A stretch of 64,000 bases of DNA from the human T2T-CHM13v2.0 reference genome, Homo sapiens: the NCBI RefSeq assembly GCF_009914755.1, contig NC_060926.1; one strand, written 5' to 3'. The notes beneath the pieces are model-generated. The model was not told where the DNA came from and did no database searches. It saw only the letters and a program-made list of their open reading frames with translations. Positions 49,564-63,820 of the stretch are shown here, in pieces (position 1 is the first letter of the stretch; every line of letters starts with the position of its first letter). The position numbers were made by a program, and so were the translations under genes.

Positions 49564-50787
49564 TTAGATAAGCTTGAATTGTTGTCAGTTCATGTTGATC
49601 TGAGTGTAAACTTGGGCAATATTTGTATATTTTCCTATTTTAGTCTGCAGCTCTCTTGCAAGAAAGGTGTTTAGAAGAGTCTATTTCCAGAAACCTCTTT
49701 GGAGATGCAAGCCTGGCAGCTGGCATGATAATGAACCCATTTCAATAGAATAAATCCCATTACTATTAATATTAAGCAACCACAGAATGATTCATGAAGC
49801 TCTTTTCAAAATTCAAAAAAGTGCTTAATCAAAAGGAGGGGGAGGAGAAAGAATAAATAGAAATTATGTCACGAGTTGATTATTGTTGGCGTTCTTTAAG
49901 AGTCAGTTCCACTGTTTCTCAGGCTGACTGCAGCAGACGTAGAGGGCATTGATTTATTTTACTAAATAAAACTGTCCATTTGGACTGATAGAGAAAAATT
50001 TAACAAAAGGCCCTAAATGTCCAGAGAGTTAATTGATTTTTAAGCAGGTCACACAACTGCCCCAAGGTTTATAAGTTCTGTGTTCAGGATTTTTGATATG
50101 TTTCCAGCTTATGAATTTTCTTTTAGCCTCTCTCTCTCTTTCTGTTTCTTTATGCTCACCTCTTTCTGCTTTTTGTTTCTCAACAAATAAATACCCCTAT
50201 TTTCTCTTGTTACAAGAGAAGCTTTTCAGGTAAGCTCTTGATTACTCAGGTAAGACTGAAAATAAATTTTAAATCTAAGATCTCATCATTACAGAGGGTC
50301 CCATGAGACAAAATTGATAAAACAAATTTACAATTGAGAGAACGAAAGAAAGTTACAATTTTAGGTAAGAAGGACACTAGAATGGAAGCCTGTGGGCGGC
50401 TGTATTACTCTATTTCCAGGGCAGGAAATGAGGATAAGTTGTCGTTCCCGCCTGTAATTTTTTCCAACACTCTTCTGACTGTGTTCCCTGTAAGAGTTTC
50501 TATAAAGCCAAAAGTACGCCTTTCAAAGGAGCTCCATGAGATTTAAAGAATCCTACAGGGTACCGGAGATTGCAGTAACTGTTACTATAGGCACCACCCA
50601 CATCAGCACAAAATGCAGGATCAAAGTCACACTGATGTCTCCTTCCTCTCTGTTCTGCAAACTCAGCCAGCCTTGGATTTCAGGCTGAAATCTGTTCTCA
50701 GAAAAGGCAACCAACCCCCTTCATCCTCTTTCAGTTATTTTTTTTTTCCTCCACCAGATTTGTACACTTTTAAGGGGCAAATCCTGC

Positions 50788-51271
50788 TGTATCAGTTATC
50801 TCTTGCTGCCTAAAAATTACCTCATGATTTAGTGGCTTCAACAACAAACACTTATTATCTCACAGTCTCTGTAGGTCAGGAACCAGGTGCAGCTTGGCAG
50901 AGGGCCCTTCACGAAGGTGTGATTGAGGTGTCTGCAGTGGATGATCAGTTTCCAGGTTACTGTCCTGGTGGCCGGCAGGCCTGGGTTGCTGTCTGCTGGC
51001 TGGAACATCACTGCTTTCACAGATGGACTTTCCTTAGAGCAGCTCACAGCATGGCAGCTGGCTTCCCTCAAAGTGAAGGAGAGAATGAGAGAGACCACTC
51101 AAGATGGAAGTCAGAGTGCTTTTGTAACCTAACCTTGGAAGTAAAATTTCTTTACTTCTGTCATATTCTATTTTTTGAAAGTAAATTGCCAGGTCCAGCC
51201 CACTCTCAAGGGGAGGACATTGCAAAAAGGAGGTGGACCTCATGGCAGCTGTCTTAGAGGTGTCTCCCACA
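50788..51271 (-). mobile_element. MaLR solo LTR (MLT1F-like), near complete
   Basis: tgtatcagttatctcttgctgc...gcagctcacagcatggcagctggcttccctc...aggtccagcccactctcaagggga...cccaca. Confidence 0.87.
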
Positions 51272-52719
51272 CATGCTTGTGACTTATTGCAAACCCACAC
51301 ACTCCAGGAGAGAAGCTCTTTGAGGACAAGGGCTGGTGCCACGGCATCTTGATGTCGTTGACATTCTCTGTTAGTTTGTCTTTTTTGGGATACCAAAATA
51401 CAAAGGCTTTCCATATCACCTTCCAAAAATGGGAGTTCATCTTAAGGAATTCTCAGATCAGTCTCACCAAGGAAAGTCTGTCTCTGGCCATCTGAGTGGT
51501 TCTTTTTCCTTCCCACCCCTCCTTGGATGAGTGCTCATGGCTGTCCCTTCACAGCCTTGCATTCCACATGCTCATTGTGGCCAGCCTTTCTACATCTCTG
51601 GCTCTACATCTCTCTGGCTCCTTTCTACATCCACTCTCATTTCTATCTGTGACTTTCTTCCCAGAGCCTCACACACCTTCTGAGGTCACACCTCTACTGG
51701 AGCACGGCCAAGTAGGTCAAGCCCCGCCTTGTTCCATCCCATTCAGAGGCTCAGTCCAAATGGACCCCATAGAGTTTTCAGCAACGATTAGTGAATGATT
51801 CTGTCTCCTGTCACTAGCCTTCTGCAACTGGGAAGAACCTTCCCCCCACCACTGCCAAGAACATTTTCTCTCATTCCCTTCTTGCTCTCCATCTGCTCAT
51901 AGCAGGTCACTTTCCCCAATCACCCACTGCTTTCTGAGCTTTTCTGCTCCACCTGCCTTTCAGAAATCCATATGTATAGATTTTTTTTCTTTTGATTCCT
52001 TGTCCATTTTCTCAGTTCTTCATCACAAAAGGATAAAGGAGCTATTTTGACAAAGGCAGAGCCCTCTGCACAGAGGAAGGAATTAAGGGGTCAAGAGATA
52101 CCTAAGGAGTGGGTGAGGGGAGGAGTCTGGGGTGCCACACATTTGCTGATACAGCTGTGGTTGTGTTGCTTTTCACATTCTTCAAGGACTTATAACTGGA
52201 TAGACCAACTCACCACTTCGAATCAGCACTAATTAGGTGACCAACCATAATCTAGATGTTTTTCCCTTTCATCAGGGGACATTTGTTGGTCCACAAATCT
52301 TTGGAGATCCTGGGTTGTGGTATACGTAATGTGGTCATTTAGGTAGCACGGCCTGGGGGATGAGGCAAATCCCCTTAGAATCAAGTATTATCAGGGAAGG
52401 CAACGATTAAGTCAAGCCAATACATTCCTAATAAATGCAGAAAAAATAATCTGCATATGCATTAAAAACCCAAGAGGATACTGGTTCAGTAGAGATATCT
52501 AAATGATGTGAACTTATATAAGAGTAGACTGTCAGCAAAAGAATACATATATTCCAGTGGAATGGTGATCAGACTCAAAGTTTTGGACAGCATGTCTTCA
52601 GGGAAAGGCTTATCCTGATCTTTATCAATACAGGACTAAAAGAACACAACTTCTTCCAAACTTTCATACAAACTGATGGCAATAACCAAAAACAACTATT
52701 TTAATAATCACATTAAGAC

Positions 52720-52960
52720 AATAATAATATCTGATGAATGCTTATTGTGCACAAAATAATTTTATGTGCACTAATTTATTTAATCACCCCAACAACTCAA
52801 TGAGATGGTTTGATTGATATACTCATTTTACTCATGAGAAAACTGAAGATCATGAAGGTTTAGTTACTGGCATAGGTACAGGTACAGGTGCTGAATTCAA
52901 ACTCCAGGAAAATATGTTTGTCTCCAAACTCTACACTTGTACCCACTATACTGCACTGCA
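52720..52960 (-). mobile_element. MIR
   Basis: tttaatcaccccaacaactcaatgagatgg...cattttactcatgagaaaactgaag...attcaaactccagg. Confidence 0.8.
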
Positions 52961-53119
52961 TTCAAAACACCAATATTGTAGGAACATCAAATGATTACAT
53001 GTCAAAGAACACTTTAACAGAAACAAGTATGTCTCTGAAGTAAAATTAGCTCTTACTCTTCCAAATTGAGCAGCTTCTTAATAAATAATTTTGTCTGAGC
53101 TAATTCTCTGTGACTGTTA

Positions 53120-53340
53120 AGAATTTGGTGAGCAGGCTGGGCAGAGAGTGGGGGTTTCTGTGTAGATGCAGCCTGGGCTTTGCCACTTCTAGATCTATGA
53201 TGTGGGGTCATGTTTCTCCTCTTTCTGACTCCTCTATATAATGAGAGCAGATTTATCTTGCATCATATGTGTCTTTGAAGAAATGTGTGATAAACACCAA
53301 GCAAGCAGCACTTAATAAATGAAAGCTACTGTCATTATTG
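53120..53340 (+). mobile_element. MIR (degraded)
   Basis: cctgggctttgccacttctag...gcacttaataaatg...ctactgtcattatt. Confidence 0.55.
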
Positions 53341-53452
53341 CTACTGAATAATTTCAGAGCTATGTCTAAAGAGGAGATCATGCTGAGAAGGCTTACAAAA
53401 GTTATTAAGGTAGGGTCTACACAGGATCAAAGGATCTGGAAGGAACTATTAG

Positions 53453-53756
<304 letters not shown>

Positions 53757-56700
53757 AGGAAAACATCTTAATATTTACCTGCCTGGTGCTGGATGCTCAG
53801 CTGTCCTCCAGCAGCTGAGTGATGAGCTGAGATTTTCCACATTTTACCTGGGGCATAGACAAAGTCCCTGTTTTTCTACATTTCTTCTTATGAGAATAAA
53901 AATAATTCTTCCCATGAACTACACAAAAATGATAGGAGGGTTTGCATTTTAAAGTGAGTTGACCTTTTACCTACAAATAAGCCCCAACTTTATAATTTAT
54001 AGACTAGACACTTTTTATCATTTTTAAAGGAGTAGTTTATTCCTGAAATTCCCTTCTGTCCAAAATTATATATGCTGCATTCTTAAATATTTAACTGTAA
54101 GTGTCCCGATTTGTGAGAGGGCTTGCCATTATTTCTGTGGTGGGGAATTGAGAATAAGGATACAAGATCCATGAACGTCAAATCTATAATCCATGGAGTA
54201 CTATTGTGTGAAGCGTGTACTAAGAGATATTATTTTTTTGTTTAACTCCTTTAGGCTTTTCTCTTTCTCATTTCCATGCCTGTCTTCCCAGCATTACCCA
54301 GCTTCATTGTTGCCTTGAACTCCCATGTCAACTGGAGAAAGAATTTCATGAATATAGTGTTTATGTGGGTTTCTTTTCCCTATAGAATGTATGGCAGGAA
54401 ACCAAAGTTGTCACTTCTACTTTCTAACTAATAATGCCGATACAAAATAATTTTAATTTTCCAGCTTGGCACATCTTTTCAATCAGTAGAACTTGCAAAG
54501 TGAGGTGGAGTGGTAGAGAGAGAGATAGAAGATCAGAAGGCAGATGGCATCTGTGCAGTAGAGGAAGCGTCTAGGGAGCCTCTCTTTTTCTATTACTCTA
54601 AACACCATAAGGAGGAGCCAATCTTTATGCCATTGGTCACCCTCAGGAATCTGTGGCAGGATCAAGTCAGAAGAAATAAGATGAGAATTTCATGTCTCCC
54701 AGGAAGGAAAATAATGGCTTGTTTTCCCTTACAAACCCTGGCAGTTCTTCTTTCTTGAGTGTAATTATATGAGAAGTACAAAGAACATTACATGACTTAG
54801 GGAAATGCCTCCATGCAAGAACATTTATTTGATGCCTCATTAGAAAGGAAACTAGTGCCTTGACAGAAACTGCTTTGCTTTTAGGATAAGTTAATAACCA
54901 GCATGAAGCCTGCTATCTAGAAGAGGACTGACCCACCCAAAGCACCCAGACTGTCATCCCACCCAGGTATCTGGGGTTGAGAGGATCATGGCACAACCCT
55001 TCTCAGGCATTCTCAGCCTAGGCATCTGCTTAGGGGCGCTTGCCTCACTTTGTCGTGAAGATTACCGTGAGGAATCTGGTAGTCCACAAAAGTGACCCTC
55101 CTTGACAGTTCTGCCTTTTGAAATGTTATAACTACAAACTGTGGGGAGGGAACAAAAGCTGTTTCCATCAGTTGTGTGGGTTGGGTGATGGCATCTTTGA
55201 TGCTTAGAAATATGTGATTAATTTCCTCTTCAACAGAAGAAGGGACCTCCAGGCTAATTGCATTATTGTTACTTGTTCTGAGCTTCCTCCCTTTACAGCT
55301 CTCACTCAACAGTGGTGTGATATAGTTATTTTCTCATATACACAACACTGTTAATAATGATTTACACGTCCTGTTGCTGCCGCTTTCAGAGCAGCAGTAA
55401 AGAATCTTCTTGCTTAAGTGCTGGGATACAACTTTTTAAGTTTTGCTAAGTATCCTTCCAGGTTGGCAGCAATATGGATGAGGTAACAAGCCCAGTTTAT
55501 CTGATGAGAATTTTTTATGCTTGTGCCGACAACATACTATGCAAACCATATGCAATTTTCAAAAGGTGTGTTAGAGCTGGCATCAGTTTTTGTCTATTTG
55601 GAAGGTTCTAGCTGTCATATGTTTTTGCTGCAGCATAAAAACAAGCCACCCCAGAGACGCAGAGCTGGCTCCTCAAGCGGAAGGCTGGCTACGTTGTTTC
55701 CACTTGATCTGAGCTTGCCGCCATTGAGATGGAAGATACTGCTTCCCTTGGGGAGGAGAACGTTGTGTGCCATGTGGCGCTGGAGAAATTCATGTGGACG
55801 CTGCGTGACTATTTGCTGGGGATTTTGTAGAGAAGATGTTAGCACTCTGAATGGTTAGACTTTCAATATTTCATATTTGATTTCTCCAAAATACCCAGAA
55901 TGACTGAGGAGACTAAATATTTATCCTTAAGCTGATAAAGGCAGGTAGTATGAAATTACCCTCCGCAAACATACAATGTCTTTGAAGTTGTAAAAGCCAT
56001 GCATAATTTACAACTTAAATCAAAATATATTTGTGTTTATGCTAATATGTTCTATTCTGATTATTATAGTGCAAGGACTAGAAATTAGTTGAACAAGTTA
56101 AGTAAAATGGCCAGCTTATGTTAAGTGAATCCATCTCGTAGAATCCAAGAACAGTGAAGGCGGGGGAGCTGCATGTTGTCGGGTGCTGGAGAGCTGTCGG
56201 GAGTGAGGGGGCTCTTCCCATTTCTCAGGGCTGCTTGTGTTTCCTCTCAGCTCCTCTCTGTGGATCTGCTCTCTGACATTTATATGTGGTTCAAAACAGA
56301 ACCCTTCACTTTTGGGTCGATTCAGTCTTTTAGTTCCAGCCTTCAAGATCAAATATCTACAGCCTCTTAGCTCAAAATTGGAATGGTTATGCTCATTGGA
56401 CCAGGTGGCTATCCCTAAAGCAAATTATTTAAGGTTGGAAAGGCAGCGTATACAGTTGGTGTTCCAGGGACTAAGGGTAGGACAGGTCAAACTACAAGGG
56501 GGAGTCCTACATACAAAGCAAATAATCTATAAGTAAATGTGATGTTCCAAGTTACTTTCCATCCTGAGAAGTCAAAGACAAACAGCAAAAAGTATTTCAC
56601 TTTCTCCTGTACCTTAGTGTATAGCATGGAACTAGACAAGGTCTAATTTGAAGCTAAATTCCAGATTGTGTGCTCTCTCCCAGGGCCTGAATAATGTAAT

Positions 56701-57978
56701 TCTTTCACAAAAGGAAAAAAATAGTAATTTTACTGTGAAAAGTAGAATAATATTTGTCAGACCAGACCTCATGTATTTTAGCTGTGTGCTCTTAGAATAT
56801 AAATACAAAATGTAAAGAAAAGTAGTTTTTGAAGTCACCCTCCAGTTTAGTATGAAATGTAATGGCGTCTTCAAACTTGGGTGATGTTTACATCTTAAAA
56901 TAACACTGTTGTTGTGATGAAATATATTACATAAAATTTACCATTTTAACCATGTTTGAGTGTACAGTTCAATGGCATTGAATTGTAGATATTTTACTCT
57001 TTCGGAACCTATTGTAAATGTGATTATTTGTTGGTGTATAGAAATACAACCAATTTTCTGTGTATTTGATCTTATACTCTGCAAATTTAATAAGCTCATT
57101 TGTAGCATTTTTTTTAAGTCTTTTGGAATTCTCCACATTAGGATCATGTCACCTGTGAATAGATAGTTTTATTTTATCCTTCCCCATTTGGATGTCTTCA
57201 ATTTCTTTTCTGGCCTAATTTTAACAAATATGTATCATTTTAAATATGTCATGTAAATATATCAGTTATTTAAATATATCATTTCCTTGCCTCTAAATAT
57301 ATAATTCTGCTCTTTAAATATACCTTTCCTCTTCCTTCTAGTCTCCATTATTTCTGAAGATGAATTTACTGTTAAGATTGTTGAGAATGACTTGTATATA
57401 ACAAGTCATTTCTCTTTTCTGCTTTCAACATTTTTCTTTGGCTTTGGCTTTTGATAGCTTGATTGCATGTTTTGATGTGTATCTCTTTGAGTTTATCCTA
57501 CTTGGAGTTCATTGAACTTCCCGGATGCATAGATTTATGTAATTCATCAAATTGGGGCAGTTTTTAAACATTATTTTTCAAATACATTTTTATCCATTTC
57601 TCTTTCTCTTCTCTTTCTGGGATTACCACATGGCATATATTGGTCTATTTGAAAGTAGCCCACAGATACCTTAGGCTTTGCCTACTTTTATTCATTCCCT
57701 TTCCTCTCTACATTTCAGAGTCAATAATTTCAGTTGTCCTACCATCAAGTTCACCAATTTCTTCTTTTTCATGCCCAAATAAACTGTTGATTCCCTCCAG
57801 TAAATTTTTCATTTCAGTTATTCTATATTTTATTTCAGTAACTTATTAAAAAATATTTCCTCTTTATTGACATCCTCACCTTGTTCATACATTGTTTTCC
57901 TTATTTTCTATAGTTCTTTGTCCAATGTTCCCCTTAGCTCCTTGAACACATTAAGACAGTTTTTTTAAAGTCATTGTT

Positions 57979-58268
57979 GGCCAGGCACAGTGGCTCACAC
58001 CTGTAATCCCAGCACTTTGGGAGGCTGATCACTTGAGGTCAAGAGTTTGAAACCAGCCTGGATAACATGGCAAAACCCTATCTCTACTAAAAATACAAAA
58101 TCTAGCCAGGTGTGGTGGTGCATGCCTGTAGTCCCAGCTACTCAGGAAGTTGAGGCAGGAGAATTGCTTGAACCCAAAAGATGGAGGTTGCAGTGAGCCA
58201 AGATCGCAGCACTGCACTCCAGCCTGGGCAACAAAGCAAGACTCCAGCTCAAAAAGTAAATAAAATAA
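57979..58268 (+). mobile_element. AluS/J with small left-arm deletion
   Basis: Dimer; TSD taaagtcattg on both sides. Confidence 0.92.
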
Positions 58269-58994
58269 AGTCATTGCCTAGTAACTCCAATGGTTGGGCT
58301 TCCTCAGGGATCATTTCTGTAAACTTATTTTGTTTTTCCAATAGGCAATATGTTCTTGCTTCTTTGTATGCCTTATGATTTTTCCTTGAAAACTGAACAT
58401 TTGACTACTATAATATAGAAACTCTGGAAATCAAGTTTCCTCTCTTTTCCAGGGTTTGCTCATTTGTGAGTGTTAAAGGTTTAATTTGTTTAGTGACCTT
58501 TCCAAAATGCTTTTGGAAAGACTGTATTTCTCGTTTGTGGTTACTGAAGTCTCTGTTCCTTGAGTCACCCAGCTAATATTATATATATATATAATATACA
58601 CACATATATGTATTACACACACATATATATGTATACACACACATATATAAAAATGTATGTGTGTGTAGTGTTCAGCTGATAATTTGGCAGTGATTTTCTT
58701 GAATGCCAAGTGTTTAAAAAAATAAACACCTCTTGCCATCTTTGCAGATTAGCTATGTGTCCAGTTACCCCTTCAACGGTTAGGCTTGACTTGCACTGAA
58801 CTTAAAGATCAGTCAAAGATTAAGATCTTCTGAGGTCTTTCTAGAGAATGCATCTCGCTTTGGGCATGTATGTGGCTTTCTACATTCCCCTATATAATAC
58901 AGGGCTGCCTTTTAATTCCCAATTTACTAAAGAAGCTCTCTCCAGCTTTTCTTCTGAGGCCTTAAGCAGTCTATTACATGTTTCGTTTCTCCTT

Positions 58995-59310
58995 CTTTTT
59001 TTAAAATTTTTTTATTTTTTGACAGGGTCTCACTCTGTCGCCCAGGCTGGAGTGCAGTGGTGCATGGCTCACTGTAGCCTCAACTCCTGGGCTCAGGTTA
59101 TCCTCCCACCTCAGCCTTAGCCTCCTCAGTAGCTGGGACTACAAGTGTGTACCACCACACCTGGTTAATTTTTTTTTTTTTTTTTTTTTTGGTAGAGATG
59201 AGGTTTCACTATTTTGCCTAGGCTGGTCTTGAACTCCTGGGCTCAAGTGATCCTCTCACCTTGGCTTCTCAAAGTGCTGGGATTACAGGCGTGAGCCACT
59301 GTGCCTGGCC
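58995..59310 (-). mobile_element. AluJ
   Basis: gacagggtctcactctgtcgccc...tcctgggctcaagtgatcct; ~22 T linker. Confidence 0.92.
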
Positions 59311-59606
59311 TTGCACGTTTCAACTATATCTTACCATAGCTCACTATAAGTGGTTGGTTAGCCTAGCAGAGGCTGCCATCTTTAATACTGCTACAGATTT
59401 GACTTGTGCATGGGGTAAGAAAAAGAAAAACTGCTACAAAGCTTTTCTGTCATTTTCATGTTTCCTTTTCCTGATTCAGCATTCTCTCAGTTGCTATAAC
59501 ATTTTGAGAGTGTTCTGACAATGTTGATTTTGAAAGTTTCTGTTTTTTAAAAATGTTTCTGGGAGTGGGGCAGGAACTTGAAGTTGCTACTCTGCCAATT
59601 TGCTGA

Positions 59607-59937
<331 letters not shown>

Positions 59938-59980
59938 TTTCATTTTTTTTTTTTTAAATGTATTTGGTTTACTTTTAAAG

Positions 59981-60196
59981 CAGGAGTTGACAAACTATAG
60001 CCTGTGTACCACATGAGGCCTGCTGTCTGCTTTACTAAAGTTTTATGGGAATAACCATGGTCATTTATTTATGTATTATCTATAGCTTCTTTCTTGCTGT
60101 AACAGCGAAGTCAAGTAGTTTTAACAAAGACCCTATGGGCTGCAAAGTCAAATATTCACTATCTAGACCTTTACAGAAAAAGTTTGAAGACCATTG
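59981..60196 (+). mobile_element. MER58A-like hAT-Charlie MITE
   Basis: caggagttgacaaacta...ctttacagaaaaagtttgaagaccattg; 8-bp TSD tttt(a/g)aag at 59973-59980 and 60197-60204. Confidence 0.88.
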
Positions 60197-60617
60197 TTTT
60201 GAAGTAAAAGCTATTCTGGTGGACCCATTATTGTTTACTTAAATTGTTTTCTATGTAATATGACTTAAATATGTATAAACAAGTAAACCGTGTGTACTTA
60301 TAGCATTCACAAATGTTTGAAACAAAAACAAATTTTAAAACAAAACAAAACACCATAAAAACTTAACGCAGTTAAAATGAACTAACTTAATCTAATGTGA
60401 GGTTCCTTTGATAAGACAAAATTGGTGACACTGGCTTTAAGTAGAGAAATTATTCAACTTCATTTAGTTCTTGCGGACTTGATTTTATTTTCGACTGTGA
60501 AAATGATTCCTTTGAATTTTATTTATTACCATTTTTATTTTTATATTTTTTAACAATGAGCTTACTAAATATCATTGCAAAGTTACTTCAGTTTGAAAGC
60601 AAAACCATTTGAATTGT

Positions 60618-61106
60618 GCATTTTTCTTAGTTTGGGTCCTCAGTAGCATGCTTGGAGGGTAAGCTTCTCATGAAAGTGATATATTTGAGAAGTTTTCTCA
60701 GGAGAAACTAAGGAAAGAATGGTAGAAGCAAGATGGGGAGAAGAAAGAATCCAAGCAAAGGCTTGATTTTATTAGAAGTTCTAGACTTAGCCTGATCCTA
60801 CTGGGAGCTCTGAAATGTAAGGTAAACCTCAGGGTTTGTCCAGAGTTAAAACCAGAAAGCTGGGTTTTCATTCTTGTGGAATCACTCTGACATTGCCTAA
60901 GGATGCCTAGGACATACGAACTCCAAGGAATTTGTGGTTCCCTGCAGCTGTAGACAAAGTGGTTTCAGTAGCCAAACAACAGTTCCATTAACACAGTTAC
61001 AAGTGTCATTTCTTAATGAAAAGAGTGCACAGAAACCAGAGGAAGTGCTGCACAGAAACATTGAGAGGAATCTCAGGGAACCCGAGGAGAACACTGTGTC
61101 TGCTAC
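60618..61106 (-). mobile_element. ERVL-class solo LTR (LTR33/LTR16-like)
   Basis: tcttagtttgggtcctcagtagca start and aacactgtgtctgctaca end resemble LTR33-family termini. Confidence 0.6.
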
Positions 61107-62189
61107 ACACTCTTAAATAGAATGCTAGATAATGAAGTATATAATGAAAAACTATTTACTGTATATTTGACACTATATTATTGCTTTTCTGATTGTAAGT
61201 AAATATGAACAGAACAATATGTTGGCCCACACTGTGAATACAATACTGACTGCTGTGGTGCACGTTTTCATTAGTTTAGGATATCTATACTGCAATAAAC
61301 TGTGAGAGGACTGAATTCTTTCACCATATTTTTCTACTCAACTGGCTGCACAATTTTCACTTGTACAGTGCACTGGCATGCCATTTGGCTCCCACTTTGA
61401 GAGGATGCATTATTTACACATTAAGTCCTCTTTCCTTTTCTCATTATCTCTCAGCTAGTAAAGTAATATATTTTTCTGACATGTTATGTGCTTTCTGTGG
61501 TGTCAAATCAAAATTTTGATTTAATAAATAATTTATAAAATTAGGTCTTACTGTAAAGAGTGTTTTTCACTTGTGAATTATCTCCCTCATTTCTGTCACC
61601 TTTATATCAAGTAAAATAAGTTCATAAGTTCCATGGCAAATGAAGAATGATTATGTCATTTTGATGTTACAATATGATGACTCCAGGGTGGACAGACATG
61701 TTCTGCAACATGTTAAAAATTAAACGCTATCACTCTACATGGCCATTTGACTCCAACACATTCATAAAAACAAATCAAACAGAAACACTGAGACTAAAAT
61801 TTGATAACAATGCATTTTCTAAAATATTATCACAAAATAAATTTACTTAATTAAAAACTATTATTGCAAACTTGTGGACTCCTGACAATACTTTGGCAGG
61901 TTCCATAGGGTCTGAGGACATGATATGTAATACCATTGACTTTAGACTTGCATGTATGTGGCTTTGTACTGTTTTTTGAATTGCCTCATGTATACTTAGT
62001 CTCCCAATTAGAGTGTGGTTATTGAGAGCAGAACTTTATCTTCTATTCCTTTAGAATCTCCCTAAGTCACATAGGGTATGATTTGTACATAGCATAGCAC
62101 ATGCTTGGTGAGTCATATAATGCCATAACTAGGAGGAATTCAGATAGAAGCCTAAACACTTCACATGCCATTTGAAATCAAGGCTTGGA

Positions 62190-62310
62190 GTTGGAGACTA
62201 TACAGATGTGTCATCAGAAGATCTGGGCTAATCAACCATCGACCTCTTACTAGCTGTATAAAAATGCACAAGTTCAACTCTCTCATATATAAAATAGGAA
62301 TAATAAAATT
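62190..62310 (+). mobile_element. MIR fragment
   Basis: tcagaagatctgggct...cttactagctgt...ctcatatataaaataggaataataa. Confidence 0.6.
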
Positions 62311-62317
62311 AATAAGG

Positions 62318-63768
62318 AGACTTTAGTTTCAGTTCCAAAACATGAAGAACTTGGAAACTGTCAACTCCTGTCCTTTCAACTAGAATAAGCTGGGAAAAGT
62401 GAAATCAACAGAGAAATAAATAAACCAGGCAAATTGCCACCATGCAACCTGGAATGACAGGTGCATTCAGAGAGACACAGCATCCAAGATTTTCTTACCT
62501 GGGGCAGAAGCCACTGGGCTACATAAATCAGTAAGAAAACACTTAGACATTAATTCTGACAAATAGTTGAAGGCCAGGCATGGACTAGTGTGAGCATGAG
62601 AAACTCCTAAGGACTACAGACATAGGGGAGCCCCACACACTTGTGGACTTCACCTGGAGGAACTCCACCAGGTTCTCATGGTGAGGGTTTGAGCAAGATC
62701 CCCTTGTGGCCCTCAAAGAAGAAGGAATGACAAGCCACCGTGAAACATTTCTAGATGGTTCACCTAACAAGGGCACTGACTCCAAGGGAAGGGATTCATC
62801 ACAGAGAGATTCTCAAACTTCATCTCACCTGGGTAAAGAAATTCCACCCACTCCAGCCAGTCTTACCAAAGGGGTAAAGGGGAACACAGTCAATAAGGGA
62901 AATGGTTTTCAAAAAATTTGTTGGAAAGGTTGTATCCAAAAAATGAGGAATGAGCTATACCTCTGGAAGAGGAACAGAAACACACGTGAAGGACACAGCC
63001 CTAAGACACAGCATTCTTATAGTCAGATAAGACTCCTCACACCTCACCTTCATACTCTCCCCCACACCCCACCTCTGCCCTGACAAGCCTCCAGTATAGG
63101 AAGAGCGGTTTATAGCCAGAAGAACTGCAAGACACAGATTCCCTGAGAGAAGCAGAGCAGGAAGCTGCAAGGCCAAAAGGGGAGACAAAAATAAGATCAC
63201 TTGACGACTTTGCAATGTCTAGTATCTCTAGTTTCAACAAACTTTAAACACAGTTCAACTTCTACCAGCTTAACCAATCTTCACATAAAAAGCTTATTTA
63301 TCTCAATTCTTATGACCCATTACAATATGTCTGTAGTTTAACAACAACAACAAAAAATTACAAGGCATATCAAAGGCAAGCAGAAACACAGTCTGAAGGG
63401 ACAAAGAAAGTATTAGAAGAAGACTCAGATATGACACACGTATCAGTCATGGTTCTTCGGAAAACAGAACCAACAGGACAAGAAACTGTCACTACGCACA
63501 TATTAGGATGGCTAAAATCCAAAATGGGAAACTCCAGTTGCTGCTGATGATGCAGTGCAATAGGAACTCTTGTTCATTGCTGTTGGGAATGGGAAATGGC
63601 ACAGCCACTTTGGAAGGTAATTTGAAAGTTTCTTACGTAGCCTAACTTTATCTTACCATACAATCCTGTAATTTAACTTCTAGGTATTTACCCAACTGAT
63701 ATGAAAAACTACATTTTTAATGTTCATAACAGCTTTATTCATCTCAAACTAGAAGCAACTAAGATGCT
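62318..63768 (+). mobile_element. Old L1M (L1MC/MD-like): 5' region joined to late ORF2/3' piece
   Basis: 5'-region motifs through aaaattacaaggcatatcaaaggcaag...agactcagatatgacac; then tattaggatggctaaaatcc...ggaactcttgttcattgctg...ctaggtatttacccaa. Confidence 0.75.
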
Positions 63769-63820
63769 TGCTATGGTTTGAAAATGTCTCCTCCAACATT
63801 CAAGTGTTGCAATGTGATAG
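63769..63820 (+). mobile_element. Older MST-family LTR start (MSTC/D-like), interrupted
   Basis: tgctatggtttgaaaatgtctcctccaacattca...aatgtgatag. Confidence 0.7.

Noticed and set aside
50832-51426. Longest ORFs (141 and 130 aa)
   Set aside because: Lie within or overlap an MLT1 LTR; no coding features.
55024-55040. CTCF-like gcttaggggcgct
   Set aside because: Core spacing is one base short of the consensus, giving several mismatches.
55013-55858. 98-, 113- and 76-aa ORFs as a coding exon or retrocopy
   Set aside because: No recognisable homology, no poly-A or TSD, overlapping ORFs on both strands; kept only as a possible regulatory island.
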